From Podarcis melisellensis (taxonomy: Eukaryota), in the NCBI GenBank assembly GCA_964234715.1, contig OZ174279.1: 64,000 nt of DNA. One strand, given 5' to 3'. A program made the position numbers and the translations under genes. Each line of letters begins with the position of its first letter. Positions within the stretch are counted from its first letter, which is position 1. A model generated the notes under the pieces. That model saw nothing but the letters and a program-made list of their open reading frames with translations, was not told the origin of the DNA and ran no database searches. Shown here piece after piece: positions 13,861-28,000 of this stretch.

Positions 13861-16784
13861 TGTTAGCTTTCGTGAGGAGGCAAGGAAAAGAAAATATTTA
13901 GTGATGGAGCAGTTTTCCCAAGCTGCATGCCACACACTAAGCAGCCCGATGCAGCCACAGAACAGGCTGGAAATTGCTGTGACATAAAAGCAGGGCTACA
14001 TTTACTTTGCACTCAACCATATTAACATCCTGTGCCCAGGATTTCCAAATTCTGCACCAAGAAAACAGGATCAGAGATCCTGAAGCCTGTATACATAATA
14101 CGGTTTTGCATAATGCTTTCTGTTTTGCTATTCATGGGAAGGAGCAAGGAGCTATGCAGGGCATTGAAATCCCAAAGCAAATAGTCAAAATCATCCAGCT
14201 GCTATTGCTTACATAGTTTTGGCTATATCTTTGTAGTCATGAGGTCTAGTAACTTGCTTTTTTTTAGAAGCGAAGGCTGACATTTTCAGAAAATTGAATT
14301 CTCTGGCCATTTCCATATTCTCTGCTCCTTTTCTGAACTCCAGTGGGGACACACAGCCTTGTTTAAAGACTAGTACAAGCTGGTTACAGCAAATACCACA
14401 ATTTATTTCTTTATCTCCTTACCTTATATATCCTACATTTCTTTCATCATGCAACCCAAGGCAACCTACATGTAGTTCTCAGGCTGTCTCCCATCCAGGG
14501 TGGCTGACCAGACCCACACCTGCTTAGCTTTAGCAAGATGGTGGCCTCATTATGGCTTGAATGCTTCAAGATTTTGATGCCAAATACAGACCAATATGGT
14601 GCCCTGAGAGAGGACAAAATTTGGCACCCGCCCCCTAACTTTGAGCAAGTACCCATATAAATGTAGGTTTTATTATTTTTACTAATAATTTGTGCTCCTT
14701 CAACTAGGGGCCCTGTATGGGGGAACCACCCACACTGCCCTTCATCTGGCGCTGATCGCAGGACCATCTTACAACCTTCAGTATTTCAAAGATGAAAACT
14801 CTTGCACATTTAAAACATGCCATTCTCACAGGAAAGATCATTCCCTGAGCTGCCCATCCATACTATCACATTGACAAAACTCTCTTCCACCTGCTGCACT
14901 GTTCATTTACTCTAAAGTAGTCTGGCTCACACTGATATAGAAGCTAGAAAGATTGGGGATTTGAAGTTGTTAGGATAAAATTGCCACCCCCCAGTTTCAC
15001 AAGACATTTGGGACAAATGAATCTCTCCAGGAATAATCCACCATCTTCTGTTTATTGCAAGCTATACTTTACACCCCTCAATTTGCATTGCGTTGTCAAC
15101 TATTATACAGTTCTCTGTACGGATGCTGCTTTCTCATGCTTGATATTTTGCTTCATCTCATTTACCACCCTAAGTCTGCCTAAGTTCCTTCTGTTCAATA
15201 AAAATAAATAAAAATTATTTTTTAAATTTCCACCATCCTTGTGTAGATGCCATTACATAGTTTGGCCACTAGGTAGCGCTGGACTTAGTTGTATCTGGTT
15301 AGAGTCAGGAGTTTTCTGTTGCTCTTCTGTCTGTAGAGAGAGACTTTAAGGCTCTTATCTAGCTTCCTAAATAGTGTTTCCTTCCGTGACAACTGTTCAA
15401 CACTAACCTGATCAGCTGTTCTTTGGGAAATGACACACTGTGTGCATTATGTCATGTCTTAGTGGCCACCCTGAGCCTGCATTTTTTAACGCACTTAGAA
15501 ACTGAAATGCATCCTCTTTCTTCCAGGATTTCTGGAGACCAGTCTGGGAGAGGGAGTGGATACCAGGAACAGGGCAACTCCAACTGACATGTTGCATGCT
15601 CCTCACTCCAGGGTTCAGTTCCTTGGAATGAAGGTCCATGGAGCCTATGTTGTCTTTTGGGTGTATGGTTTTATTTGCACATATATTCAGTCTGAGTGCA
15701 TGATGGATGAGCTCCCAGCATTAAGACTCCAACAGATCTTGCTTCCGCATTAGGTTTCCAGCGAAGACCTCACCGCCACCAAAGCCATAGCTTTGGGATT
15801 CAGTCCACAGACAAAGTCAAGGCTGTCTGTGTCTCCAGCTTCCAGCCCAGTCACAACTCTCTCTCAGACACTACCATCCCTGGTTCATTGCTCTCCAACC
15901 TAGGATTCAACCATCTAGTCCAGCATCCTGTTTTCACAGTGGCCAACCAGACAGTGACGTAGGAAGGGGTGTGTGGGACGCCCCAGGTGTCATCACTGAG
16001 GGGGGTGACAAAATTTCAAAAATACGTGTTTTTAAAATAAGAAATTCCCATCGTGAAAAAAAGGTTTAAAGTGCTTGTGCTCACAAGTAAATAAACCATA
16101 AAATAACACTTGCAACTGTAAGCATCTTATTTTTCCTTATTTTAATAATTTCAATCTGGTTGACAAGAATTTTTCTGCACCAGGTACCACATGACCTTGC
16201 TATGCCACTGCAGAGGCGTACTGCCTTTGATAGTGGAGGTACGGCATCATGGCTAGTAACCCCCCCTCATTTAAATTTTGCTTGCTTTTTGTTTATAGAG
16301 TTTCCCACCAGAAGATCGCAGGGCAGGTTACAACAACATAAAAAATACAATTTTGAACATCAGTTCAATAACCTTAGGAAAGTCTTTCTCTCAGCCTCAG
16401 TCTCCTCTGTCTGTGAAATGGGTGTGGGGAATGATACCGATTTGCCATGCAGGGCTGATGATGTAAGGATTATAACAAGCTAAAGCATGGGAAGTTTTTT
16501 ATATACAAAGGATGTTATTACATCGCTGTTGATAATAAGGTCAGTGAGGAAAAAATGTAAAAACACAAAAAAAAAAGCCCTACCAGCCAGAATCTTTTTA
16601 GGATGTATTTTTTATGTCAATTCCTCAGGGTCACCATTTCTCTGCATATAGTTTGACTAATTTAAAGGAGTTTTATGCTCTCAGAACTGGAACAAGGATT
16701 CGGCTGTTCTCGGTGAATATATAGGAATGTTGTGTGGCTTTACCACCTACACACCTGACTTAGAAAGTGTGGACTCATTCCACC

Positions 16785-16916
16785 NNNNNNNNNNNNNNNN
16801 NNNNNNNNNNNNNNNNNNNNNNNNNNNNNNNNNNNNNNNNNNNNNNNNNNNNNNNNNNNNNNNNNNNNNNNNNNNNNNNNNNNNNNNNNNNNNNNNNNNN
16901 NNNNNNNNNNNNNNNN
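16785..16916. other. Assembly gap (N run)
   Basis: 132 N. Confidence 1.
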
Positions 16917-17034
16917 ATATTTAAATCACCTGACTTCCTTCAAAGAATCCTGAGGGAATTCCCCTCACAGAGGCCCACCCCCATTTCCCAGCACCCTTAA
17001 CAAACTACAGTTCATTGGACTCTTTGAAGGAGGG

Positions 17035-17357
17035 TATACCCTCCAATATTTCTCTGATGAAAATAGGTTCATCCCATTCCATAATGATAATTTTACTATT
17101 TATACCTCACACATCTTACTGGGTTGCCACAACATATATAAAAACATAATAAAACATTAAGCATTAAATAAACTTCTCTATACACGATTGTCTTCAGACA
17201 GCTCGGGGGTCGGATAACTCCATACCCCCCAACATTTCTCCAATGAAAACAGGTACATCTTAAGGGAATGTGGGATATTCCAGAATCAAATCAGAAACCG
17301 GGATGGCTTCTCTAAATCAGGGATGTCCCTAGAAAATAAGGACACTTGGAGGGTCTG
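17035..17357 (-). mobile_element. Non-autonomous DNA transposon carrying an L2 3' fragment (copy A)
   Basis: Termini CAGACCCTCCAA...TTGGAGGGTAT. Homologous to 28806-29153 and ~39379-40256. Confidence 0.6.
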
Positions 17358-18650
17358 GTAATGTACTTTAAATGTATACTGTAGATAATTTGAACTCAAA
17401 TAGTCTCAGGTAGCAGGGCTGGGAAAGATTGCTGGCTGAGATCTTGCTCAACAGCACCCCACTTGCTGCATGTAGTCTAATGGTTGAAAGAACGAGCTTT
17501 GAAGTCATTGGTCCAAATTTCACCTCAGGATATGGCATGTCTGGATACTCTCAAACAGGACGTTTTCTCAGCTCTGACCCCACACCTGCTACAACAATTT
17601 ACAAAATTGTTGTAAAGATAGTTCAGGAAGTCTATGTGACGATCCCTAGCACTTAGGGAAACTCCTGTATAAACAATAGGTATTACTGTTTTAACTTTCC
17701 AGCTTGTATGCCCTGTAAAGTGCAATCTAGACTTTTTAAGAAAGGGATCCATCAAAGAAAGGGGTCACAAAACATCATCCACTGGGTGAGCAGAAGCACA
17801 TAACATAGCAGAATGCAGGACTGGCTTCAGAATTCAGCTTTCCAAGACTCTGGGCATCCATTGCTTAATATTAATTTAAGTTTCTAGTCCTTTTAGTGTG
17901 GAAATGAGCTTGAAAGTGTGTTGAGAAATCTCAGAAGCTGGAGGCATATAACATTTCCCAGCAGCTATGATGCCTCACAAAGCAAACAGCAAAAAACCCA
18001 ACTTATCCAAAGAGAATTATGCAGATGTGCTCAATAGGCATATTTTATACTGTTCACAGAATCCAGCTTTTCTTGGGGCAGAATTTGGATTGCCTAGGTG
18101 CAGAATTTTAATATTCTTCAGAGCAGAACATGTTTGCTTTCCCCTCCTTAAGTAGCATTGTTTCATTACCACTGATTTAGATGGCCAGGACTTCAACTCA
18201 ACAACTGTGCTAAGTGCAGCAGGTCAGTTCTCTTTAAAAACTCTTGGGTCTCTTATGTACCAAGCAAATGATAGGAATATGCAAGCATGAAGACCTGTAA
18301 TTAGCCTTTATCGCAAATCCAATGGAAGTTGCATTAGCAAGAATCCTCCTTCACCCATCTCCAAAAATCAATTGTGCATGTGCATGAGCCTCTGAGTGTG
18401 GAGTCCCAGTGGCAGCCATCAGCGCATGGATAAAAATTCTCTGCAAAGCTTCCAGGAAATCAGGCAAAGAAGGGAAGATGTCTGTGAGGAATGCCATTTT
18501 GTTGTCTGCAGATCTGGATCCATTTCAGACCAAGGAGGGTCCAGGGCAGATGGTCAGTGCCAGCCAGCATGACCAATGAAGGACTGGAGTTGAAGACTAA
18601 TAATCATCTGGAGGACAACAAGTCTCCACCTTTGGTGAAGGGTATGACCT

Positions 18651-19003
18651 GGACGTGGGTGGCGCTGTGGTCTAAACCACAGAGCCTAGGGCTTGCCGAT
18701 CAGAAGGTCGGCGGTTCGAATCCCTGCGATGGAATGAGCTCCTGTTGTTCAGTCCCTGCTCCTGCCAACCTAGCAGTTCGTAAGCACATCAAAGTGCAAG
18801 TAGATAAATAGGTACCACTCCAGCGGGAAAGTAAATGACATTTCAATGTGCTGCTCTGGTTTGCCAGAAGCAGCTTAGTCATGCTGGCCACATGAGCTGT
18901 CTGCGGACAAACGCCGGCTCCCTTGGCCACTAAAGCGAGATGAGCGCCGCAACCCCAGAGTCGTCCACGATTGGACGTAACGGTCAGGGGTCCCTTTACC
19001 TTT
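18651..19003 (+). mobile_element. Sauria SINE
   Basis: Full head to ACCTTT tail; TSD tatgacctggac. Confidence 0.9.
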
Positions 19004-19107
19004 TATGACCTGGACTAGATACATAGCTGATTGGTGCAGCAATACATTGCATGCAGAAAATCCCAACTTCTGTCTACAGAATCACCATATAATCTCAGGT
19101 TTGGTCC

Positions 19108-19290
19108 TAGGGTTTCCAACTTGAATAAAATAGGGGGGGCAGGTAAGCCCTACCCCACATAACTGATCACATGATGTGGTGCGCACACACCATTTGAGTG
19201 GCAATGCCCATCAACTTGGGAGGTGGCGGCCCCCCAAATATTTTATTGGGGGGGCAAAGACTCCTCATCCACTAGGAGTTGGCTCCTATG
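19108..19290. mobile_element. MITE-like repeat (second copy ~49108-49275)
   Basis: Two homologous copies ending AGGAGTTGGCTC(C/T)TA. Confidence 0.55.
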
Positions 19291-19369
19291 CTTGGTCCAC
19301 GTAAACAGCAGAGAGAGGTGGAAATGAGAAGCAAATCCTAGTACAGAGTAAGTGGATTGAGAGAAGTTT

Positions 19370-19600
19370 TTTCTGTCCTTTCATAATACTAGAAATCGTG
19401 GCCACCGAACAAAGCTGGAAGAGGAAAGATTTCAGACAGGAGAAAGGAAGTTCTTCACACAGTGCATGGTTAAATGACCGAATCCACTCCCCAAAGAGGG
19501 AGAGATGGCCACCCACTTGGATGGCTTTAAGAGAGGATGAGATAGATTCATGGGGTCTATCAAGGGCTACTAGCCACAATGGTTTTGTCCTAACTCCACT
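19370..19600 (+). mobile_element. CR1 LINE 3' fragment
   Basis: Degenerate CR1 ORF2 end (RGH..KL...RF.....KFFTQ) and a ttggatggctttaa 3' motif. Confidence 0.6.
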
Positions 19601-20661
19601 GTTGGAGGCAGTCTGGGACAAGTGAAGGGGAAAATGGAATGGAGTTGCTAGAATGCTGGAGAGAAGCACTCCACACCGCAACATTTCATTGCAGTTCCCA
19701 CTCGCAAATGCTAAACATTATTATTAAACCTCCATGTGCAAGGCTACTTGTACTCAGGCAGCAAATATCATAGAAGTCATTTAACCTGTGTCAAGTCGGA
19801 TGTCCAACTCATGCAAGTCCATTTGTTTTTCTGAATCAACATGTCTAACATTTGATGTCAACATGTGCTCCAATATCCCCCCAAGCACATGGATCTTGCA
19901 TGTAATATCTTTGGGCTGATTCACGTGACCCATCTGGTATTTTGTCCCTTCTTCCAGCAGCACCAACACAAGGAGAAACCAGGTAATCTGCCTTGACTCC
20001 ACAGCCTCTATTTATAGAAGTCACTGCATAATGGGCAAACCCAACATGGCAGAAGTTGGGTTCCTACAGACTCCCCTGTGAGTATCTGCTTTGGCTGTAA
20101 CATTGAGAATGAGAATTCAGGGGTGGCTTTCAGAAATGTTTTCTGAAATCTTTACTTTGCTGATACACTCATATTTTGCTCTTGGTTATTAGCTCCTGAC
20201 TTTTTATATTGAGCTAGTGAAGGTCAAAAGGAGAAAAGACTATTAAGGAAAGGAAAACCCTTTTAAACTAATTGTGTCAGTAGCAATATGTCGATTAGTG
20301 GATTGCAGCTCTAATCTCAACTTGGATCAATATTTTATTTATTCATCTCTCTCCGTGCTTATCACAGAGGACTCTTTGCCTGGTGTCCAGAATATAATGT
20401 TCAGCTCATTTCCTCCTTAGTGTTTTGAAAGAGGAGGGATTTTCAAATGCAAAAATGCATATGCGTATTCAGGACCAAACTTCCAAATTATATCTTGTAG
20501 TTGGAAACCACAGAATTTGACCTGTTGGAATAATGTGTCCACAAACTTGGTTTGGATCCAGACAAAGTCAATTCAGCTTATGTTCCGTTGAGTTAACGAA
20601 CTGGCCTAAGTTCTGCAAAAAGATTCCTTTAGGAACAAGAGAAGCTTCTGTAGGGCTCTCC

Positions 20662-20800
20662 ATCCAGCTCATTTGGTTGATAATGCCAAGGTTGTAGGTT
20701 CAATCCCAATATGGGACAGCTGCATCTTCCTGCCTTGCAAGGGGTTGGACTAGATGGTCCTCAAGGTCCCTTCCAACTCTACAATTCTATGATTCTATGA
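20662..20800 (+). mobile_element. tRNA-derived SINE with CR1-type tail
   Basis: tRNA-Ile-like head followed by ggttggactagatg...ttctatgattctatga. Similar copy at 34025-34172. Confidence 0.7.
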
Positions 20801-21385
20801 AATCACGGGTCCATCTAGCCCAGGGTTTCAGCCAGGGGATATTCCCAGTCCTGACTGGAGATGGTGAAGATTGAACCTGCAAAACAGAAGCTCTTCCACT
20901 GAGCCACAGCCTTTCTGACAGACCTTTAGCAGTGGGCCTCTCACCACAGTTCTCCTTCCAGGACTTCTGCTTTCAAATTCCTTAAGGTCACTAGAGAAGG
21001 AGAGAGTTCCATCACTGTAAAAGACGCCATTGTCCATTAATATATTACCCTGCTCAACCTGTTCATATGAGAGAGGGGAATATCGCTCATACAGCATAGG
21101 CATGAGAGTCGTCTCTCTCTGTGTGTCATTTTTCATTTAGACTCCTGTTGAGATGCAGCAAAAGATTGAATTCATAGCTATCCGGGAAGTCAAACTCCTA
21201 TTATGTGTTTATTGCGCAAATGATTTATGGGTCATTATTCTTCATGATACTGCGGCATATTCTCTATTCCTTAGCAGGCCTCTCTGCTAACACTTCCAGT
21301 TTTGTCCAGTTCTGAGAAGCCACATTTTCAAGGACCCAATTATTTATTCTGCACCTAAGGAAGCCTAATAATAAAAAAGAGATTA

Positions 21386-21744
21386 CCGTACTTTTCCGTC
21401 TCAAGAAAATGGTGGGAGATGGCGCAGAGTTTTTGAGCTTTTTAGGGGAGGATTGCCAGAGTTTTGGAGCTTTTTTTAGGGTGGATTGCCGAAAATCGCT
21501 CACCCACACGCGCCCCAAAATCCGCCTCTCATCTGTACCCAATCACCCGCCCAATTGCCGCAGCATCAGCCAATCAACACCAGCCATTGACGCAGCAACC
21601 AATAACACGCCCAATAGCCACTGACAGCCACGGCAGCAACCAATCAAAGGTCCACCCTATGCACTATCCATGTATAAGACAACCCCGACTTTTTAGCATA
21701 TTTCTAAAAGAAAACAACCTAGTCTTATACACGGAAAAGTACGG
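21386..21744. mobile_element. Tc1/mariner (pogo/Tigger-like) MITE
   Basis: TIRs CCGTACTTTTCCGT...ACGGAAAAGTACGG flanked by TA. Confidence 0.75.
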
Positions 21745-22199
21745 TAGTTATTGCTATACCTCCTGTTGTTCAATTTTATTTTACGCAGAAGCCCTAATGA
21801 ACAGAGAGCTTGAGAAGCCCCCCTGCTTCAGTGACAGAGGGTCTCCTCTGGCTTACCTTGTGGCAGCACCAAACTGGGTCCAGGAGCCACCCTTTAAATT
21901 TCCCACAATGACTCCTGTGAAGCATCACTCTGGAGCATTATGGGAAATTTAAATGGCAGCTCCTGAACCCAGTCACTTTTTCAAAAGGGAGGCAGAGGGC
22001 AGGCATTTGTGGTCTCCAGCACTGGGACTCTGGCAATTGCTTGAGGGAGAGTGTTCCTTTTCAGGCAGAATGTTTGAGGAATTTCAAGGTGGCCCAAAAT
22101 AAAGCTTCTCAGAGCTATTCTGCACACAGAGTGAATTTCACCTGAACTGAAACTTCAAGTGTTCTTCAAGCAGCGCTGGTTCCATGTGCCAGTAGGTCC

Positions 22200-22500
22200 T
22201 TGTCTTCTTCTTCATTGGCGATCACTCGTACCCAAGTAAGATTGTCTTCCATGAACATGGTCTTAACAGTGAGTCTGTACATGACTATAGGGGCCAATTC
22301 TGGATCCACACATCCTCCCACAGTGGGGACATAGGTTTCCGGGCAGGAGTTGATCACGGTGAAGGTTTGCCAAGGGTGCCTTCCTCTTAGCACGTTTCTC
22401 CCTTTCTTCCTGAATTTGTGCTTCTTCAAAGTCCAAGACACCTTTGGTCAAGGCTGCTCTCCAGTTGGAGTGCTCGCAGGCCAGTGTTTCCCAGTTATCA
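22200..22500 (-). mobile_element. RTE-clade LINE 3' end
   Basis: C-terminal zinc-finger-like CPHCGRMCGSRIG..SH and a (GAA)n tail. Confidence 0.7.
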
Positions 22501-22856
22501 GTGCTTATACTACCTTTTTTTAGATTTGCCTTGGGAGTGGGCCCTTGATCAAGATACTCACAGTGGGGCCTTCTCCTCCTTCACACAGGTTGCTGCTACC
22601 TTCTTGCTTGGCTCTCCCTCTCCCAGTTGGATCATCTTCTGGAGATACAACCAGAAGTGCTCAGGTTTCTGCTCCTCTTGTTGCTTGCTTCCTCACTCAG
22701 AGCGTGCACCAACAGCAGCAACTACAGCGAGTGATTGACAGCAGTACCACTGCTAAAGGGTGGGCACCAGCTGGGTAGCATCAAAGCACTTGTGAGCATT
22801 AAACCATAGTTTATTGCAAACTACGGTTCAGCACCTTGCCAACAAAGCTCCATATA

Positions 22857-23280
22857 CTTAAAGCTATGGTTTTCCCAGTAGTGATGTATGGAAGTGAGAG
22901 CTGGACCATAAAGAAGGCTGATCACTGAAGAATTGATGCTTTTGAATTATGGTGCTGGAGGAGACTCTTGAGAGTCCCATGGACTGTAAGAAGATCAAAC
23001 CTCTCCATTCTGAAGGAAATCAGCCCTGAGTGCTCACTGGAAGGACAGATCCTGAAGCAGAGGCTCCAATACTTTGGCCACCTCATGAGAAGAGAAGACT
23101 CCCTGGAAAAGACCCTGATGCTGGGAAAAATGGAGGGCACAAGGAGAAGGAGACGACAGAGGACGAGATGGTTGGACAGTGTTCTCGAAGCTACCAGCAT
23201 GAGTTTGACCAAACTGCAGGAGGCAGTGGAAGACAGGTCCATGGGGTCACGAAGAGTCGGACATGACTAAACAACAACAA
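22857..23280 (+). mobile_element. BovB (RTE) LINE 3' end
   Basis: RVPWT.RRSN.SILKEISPECSLEGQILK.RLQYFGHLMRREDSLEKTLMLGK and a (CAA)n tail. Confidence 0.92.
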
Positions 23281-24210
23281 TGGTTCAACATTGTGCATGA
23301 ACCAGGTCTCTCTTTCTGTCCAATGCGCAAAGGCCGAGGATGTGGGGCCAACATGGAGGGAAGAGGCTAGAGAGGCAAGGGGACATGTCAGGTGCTAAGA
23401 GCAGCATTCAGCTTCTGAATCGAGAAGTGGGCCAGGGCCTGCCTGGACCCCTTGCTCTGGGATCTGGAAATCCTCATTCGCCCCTAATCCGAAGTGTGTG
23501 ATGGGCTGATAGCAGGCTATGAGCCTTTCAGTAGAGCCTTCCTAAGCTTTGGGCACTATGATAAGATTCTGCAGCTAAAAGCCCTGGTCATTCCTGGCTC
23601 AGACGCAACTCTGATTGAAAGATGAGACAGATTGCTTGCTTGCTGTGAATCCAGGCACTCTCTGCATCTCCTGTTTGCTACACATGCTAAGCCCCTCGAG
23701 ATCTTTGCTTTTTTTAAAAAAAAAAAAGTCTAGTTCCCGGGAGCATGGCTGCATAAATAAATAAATAAATAAATAAATAAGCCCCCCTCTCCAGCTGAAA
23801 AGCATCTACAGAGTGTCCTTGAGTGAGCACTGCAGCAGATATTTAAAGGCGATGATCTGGATGCTTTCCAAAAAGTCTCTCACTTACCTCGGCATCCTTC
23901 TCCCCACCCCCCACCCCCAACACCACTCTAAAACCTTACCAGGCAAATCCATATCATTAATATTTCAGCACCAGCCACTTCGCAGGCATTGGCTACGCTG
24001 CAACGTACCTCATCAATAAGAGCTGGCAAGGACGATACAGTCCACCAGGCACTGCTTTTCGTCTAGCAGAGGGATAAGAGCAGGAGGAGGCTCTAGCTAG
24101 AGAAAGTGAGCAGGAGAGTGGCACTGCAGAGAGCCGGCAGAGAACCACTCCATCTCCCAAAGCTTTTCTACGGGGAAACCTCTCGGCAGGTACCGCAAGA
24201 GCAGCCCGGC

Positions 24211-24331
24211 ATGGATGTCTTTAAGAAAGGGTTTTCCATTGCGAAAGAGGGTGTGGTGGCGGCCGCCGAAAAGACCAAGCAGGGAGTGACCGAAGCTGCA
24301 GAGAAGACCAAAGAAGGGGTGATGTATGTAG
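24211..24331 (+). CDS. SNCG: Gamma-synuclein coding exon 1
   Basis: [40 protein letters not shown]. The GFSIAKEG start is gamma-type. 121 nt, donor G|gtaaga. Confidence 0.98.
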
Positions 24332-25048
24332 GTAAGAGTCTCTTCCTATTACTAAGAGATCTCTTCCTATTAGGAGTGGCTGTTGCTGCAATGCAACAGG
24401 GGAGGGGGGGGAGAAATCCACCTTTGCTGGGTGACCTTGGGGAATGATGCTACCTTTTCCATACCCCAGGGGCAGGTAGTCATATTTTCAAAGAGGGTAA
24501 AGTGAAGGTGTCCCATAACATGTCCCTTGATGAACTAGTTTTTGGAAATACAAAGCACATGGCATGGTGAGAGGGATGCCAACCTCCCCTAGACTTGTGC
24601 TTTTAGCAACGGTTTGAAATGCACTGATGTATAGGCTGCAGTTCTCTGTCTGCACTTCCTTTGGAATACATCCAGGGAGCAGGACTTATTTCTGGGTACC
24701 TCTGCAAAGGATGGAGGTGCAAGCAAGCAAAGCTCCGCTCCAGGAGAAAGCTTCACCTGCTACTCCTCTGCTCTAGGAGCAGAGGTAGGAAAACGGGTGG
24801 CAAACCTGAGGGAGATCATTTATGATTCAGCATTTAAGTCATTATAGGTCATCCCTTTCATGATGCACCGGTCTTCCCAAAGATTTGCAAGGGGTATGAA
24901 TGAATGAATGTATTATTTTGGTCACAGACCAGTTCCAGCCCACATACATTATCAAGGAAGTCATAAAACACAATAGGGATACACTTGAATTTGCAATTAG
25001 GAAGATTTGCAAGGGGGTCAAGTGGCTGCCACGGTGGGTGGTGGGTGC

Positions 25049-25050
<2 letters not shown>

Positions 25051-25091
<41 letters not shown>
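25051..25091. repeat. (GT)n microsatellite (others at 2443-2468, 3194-3243, 30245-30281)
   Basis: Direct inspection. Confidence 0.95.
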
Positions 25092-25094
<3 letters not shown>

Positions 25095-28000
25095 TTTCAG
25101 CCTTGCCTTGGTTTTTGTATTTAGTTGCGTCTCATTTTCCCAGCAAAAGGAGCTGCTCTGATGCATTTAATTGGCTGACAACAAAGTAGTAGCTTGTGTT
25201 ATCAATTAAGGGCTGCAGAAGTTCTTGTTCTTTCTAGAAACTCAATGGAATTTGGCTTCAATTTGCCCTGCAAGGAAGATAGCCAAGTTGCCCTTGAAGC
25301 CAGGCACACAGTGGAGAAGCATTTATGAACATGGCCATGGTCTGAGACTAGATGAGGGGTTTGTTTTCCTTTTTTGTAGCCTTTTTTTTTTAAGGCTGCA
25401 ACCTCATCACTGTGGGAGTAAGCTACGTTGACCTCGACTTCTGACTAGACATGCATGAGTTTGCACTGTAAGTTCCTTCGATGTTTCCCATTCCACAGGG
25501 AGACTGTTGCACCCAGAAGGGTGCAAGCTGCTATTCTCTATAATAGAAGCATCAACCCTCCAAAAGCCATGAGCATGTCTGAAAGCTCATAGAAACTGCA
25601 ACAAACCAGTGTTCTGAAACTCAGCCGCAACCACTCGTAATCCTGTTAGTAGCAGATTTGCCAGGATCTCCAATGGCCAGAGTTAGAAAGGCAGTCAGTA
25701 ACTTATCAGAGCTGGCTTCTTCCATTTCAAAGCAAAATAGAAAATAAGTTCACCCAGCTCAAAAGCAAAATGTTACGGCTGCAACATCCTCCTTAAAGTC
25801 TTCACAGAACACTTTGAAAAATGACATGAAAGGCTCCTCTCAAATTCTCAGTGCTGCTGGTGATTTTACTCTAGTACTGTAGTCCTCAATCACTTCAGTC
25901 ACATGCTCCCAAGATCCACTTTTTTATATTTGAGGTATCTCCATTCTTCTTCCTTGGGTGTCCACAGGAATTTTTTTCAGCGGGGGAGGGAAAATTTTGA
26001 ACACCAAAAGAGGGAGCAAGCTAGTTTCTCACACACAAAACAAGAGGAATAGTGTGTGTGCATTTTGCTTTGTATCTCAGGATGTACAAATGCTGGTTTA
26101 AATGAAAGCTGACAGTCTAGATATTATGGTTCAGCTCCCCTCTCTGGACACCCAGGCATCCATCTTCCTTTCTCTGTTTTGGTCCCCTCTCTTGTCTCCC
26201 CTCTTCATCCTCTTAGAGCGGAAGTGCCCATTCATCACCTTGGCAAACACATTTGCTTCGTTACAGTCATGTGAAATGGGAGGGAGATGGTCACATTGTG
26301 GGTCAAGAAACAACAGCTGAAAACCAGTGCCCAGGAGAATCCTCTCTATTCAGCTCTGCATATTCAGGCTGAAAATTTCATGAGGACCGAAAAGGTTTGC
26401 ATTCATAGCTTTGCTTCTGAAGTTTGCTATCTCTGCCCTTCAGATCTGCAATGATCTGACGTGGCCTTTAGATATAGTGCTCTGCCACCAGTTCTGAAAG
26501 CTGCTCCTGAGTAATGCATTGTTGCGGGTGGAAATGGTCCGTTTTAAATACAAAGAACAGTAATTCGTAACTGAAGCTTTTCAGTACTAAAAAGTGCCAG
26601 AGAGGGGCTATTGGAGGAGAAAGACCGAAGAGCTGTGAGAGATGTTGAAGCTGCATCAGGAAGCTTAAAACTAGATTGTCAGTGGTAGATTATCAAGTAT
26701 TTTCCAGCCCTCTTGGGCACAGTAGGCTGCCTTTTCTGATTACAGGCGCTCTATATCCTCCCTGCTCAGCCATGGTAATTGCATCCTTCTGAGCAAAAGC
26801 ATCAGACTTGATCAGTGGTGGTGCATCCTTACTGTGGTCTGGTTTCAATAAGGGCTGGCCCAGGACATTTTGCATCCTAAGATGGAGCAGCTAACCCACA
26901 CCACACCCACAGACCCACACTCACACACCTCTTCAAAACCAGCCAAGTTATTTTGGCACCTGAGGCAGAAAACCCCACAAGCACCTCCCCCGGGAGGAAA
27001 AGTACAATAACAATGAACAGAATTGCTTAACAATGTGTTGCCCTTTCATGACACCCGTAATCTGCTGCCAGAGGCAGCTGACTCACTCTGTGTAATGGTA
27101 GGGCCGGCCTAGACACATGTGTTAAGACTCCAATTCTGCAATAGCGGCTATCCTTTCAGAACTGCAGTGGTCACCACACTGTTGTCTGCATCGCCTTTCT
27201 TGTTAGCTGTGTCTGGGAGGGGTAACCCAAAAGCATGGCCTTTTCTCAAACCTACAATAATATTTTTATTATTTATAACCCACCCATCCAGCCACTCTGG
27301 GAGGCTTCCAACACATATATAAACATAATAAAACGTCAAACATTTAAAAAAACTTCCTAATGCAGGGCTGCCTTCAGATGCTGGCAAAAAAGTTTCCTGT
27401 ATATTTCACAACTTTATACAAGGGTATTTTTAACAGGGGCAGCTCTCCTCAGCCTTGCATGACCTAACAAATTTCTTGCTTCTGCACAACTTTTGAAGGT
27501 GCACGAAGGAACTCTGCCTGCTTCTGGATCTAGCTGACTTCCCAACATGACAAAGATTCATCTGCCTATCCAATGCTTAGTATTTGGTTTTTTTTTTAAT
27601 GACCATGACAAAGCCCTGCATTGAGGCATCTTTTAAGGAAAACAGTACAAGCCTCCTGCTGTGTGTCAGGCTATATATCACTGGCTGTAGGTTTAAGAAC
27701 ATAAGAAGAGCTGGCTGGATCAGGCCAAGGGCCCATCTAGTCCAGCATCCTGTTCTCACAGTGGCCCACCGGAGGCCTGTGGGAAACCAGCAAGCAAGAC
27801 CTGCTCACAAGAGCCCTCTCCTCACTTGAGATTCCCAGCATTTGAGAGCAACCTGCCTCTAACAATGGAGGTGGATGGTTCAGGGATTCCAGCCACGGAC
27901 TTTTAAATCTCCGACTAAAGAAGGAAATAAGGCAACTCTCCAATTCTCCTGCCTGACTCCCCTCATTTGCTGTTATGAGCATGGCGTGGCTGCAAAAACA

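Noticed and set aside
21464-21952. 162-aa ORF
   Set aside because: Begins inside a MITE; no transposase motifs.
24106-24210. In-frame N-terminal extension of SNCG in the ORF track
   Set aside because: Starts at GTG. Synucleins begin at MDVF, and ATG 24211 has a good Kozak context.
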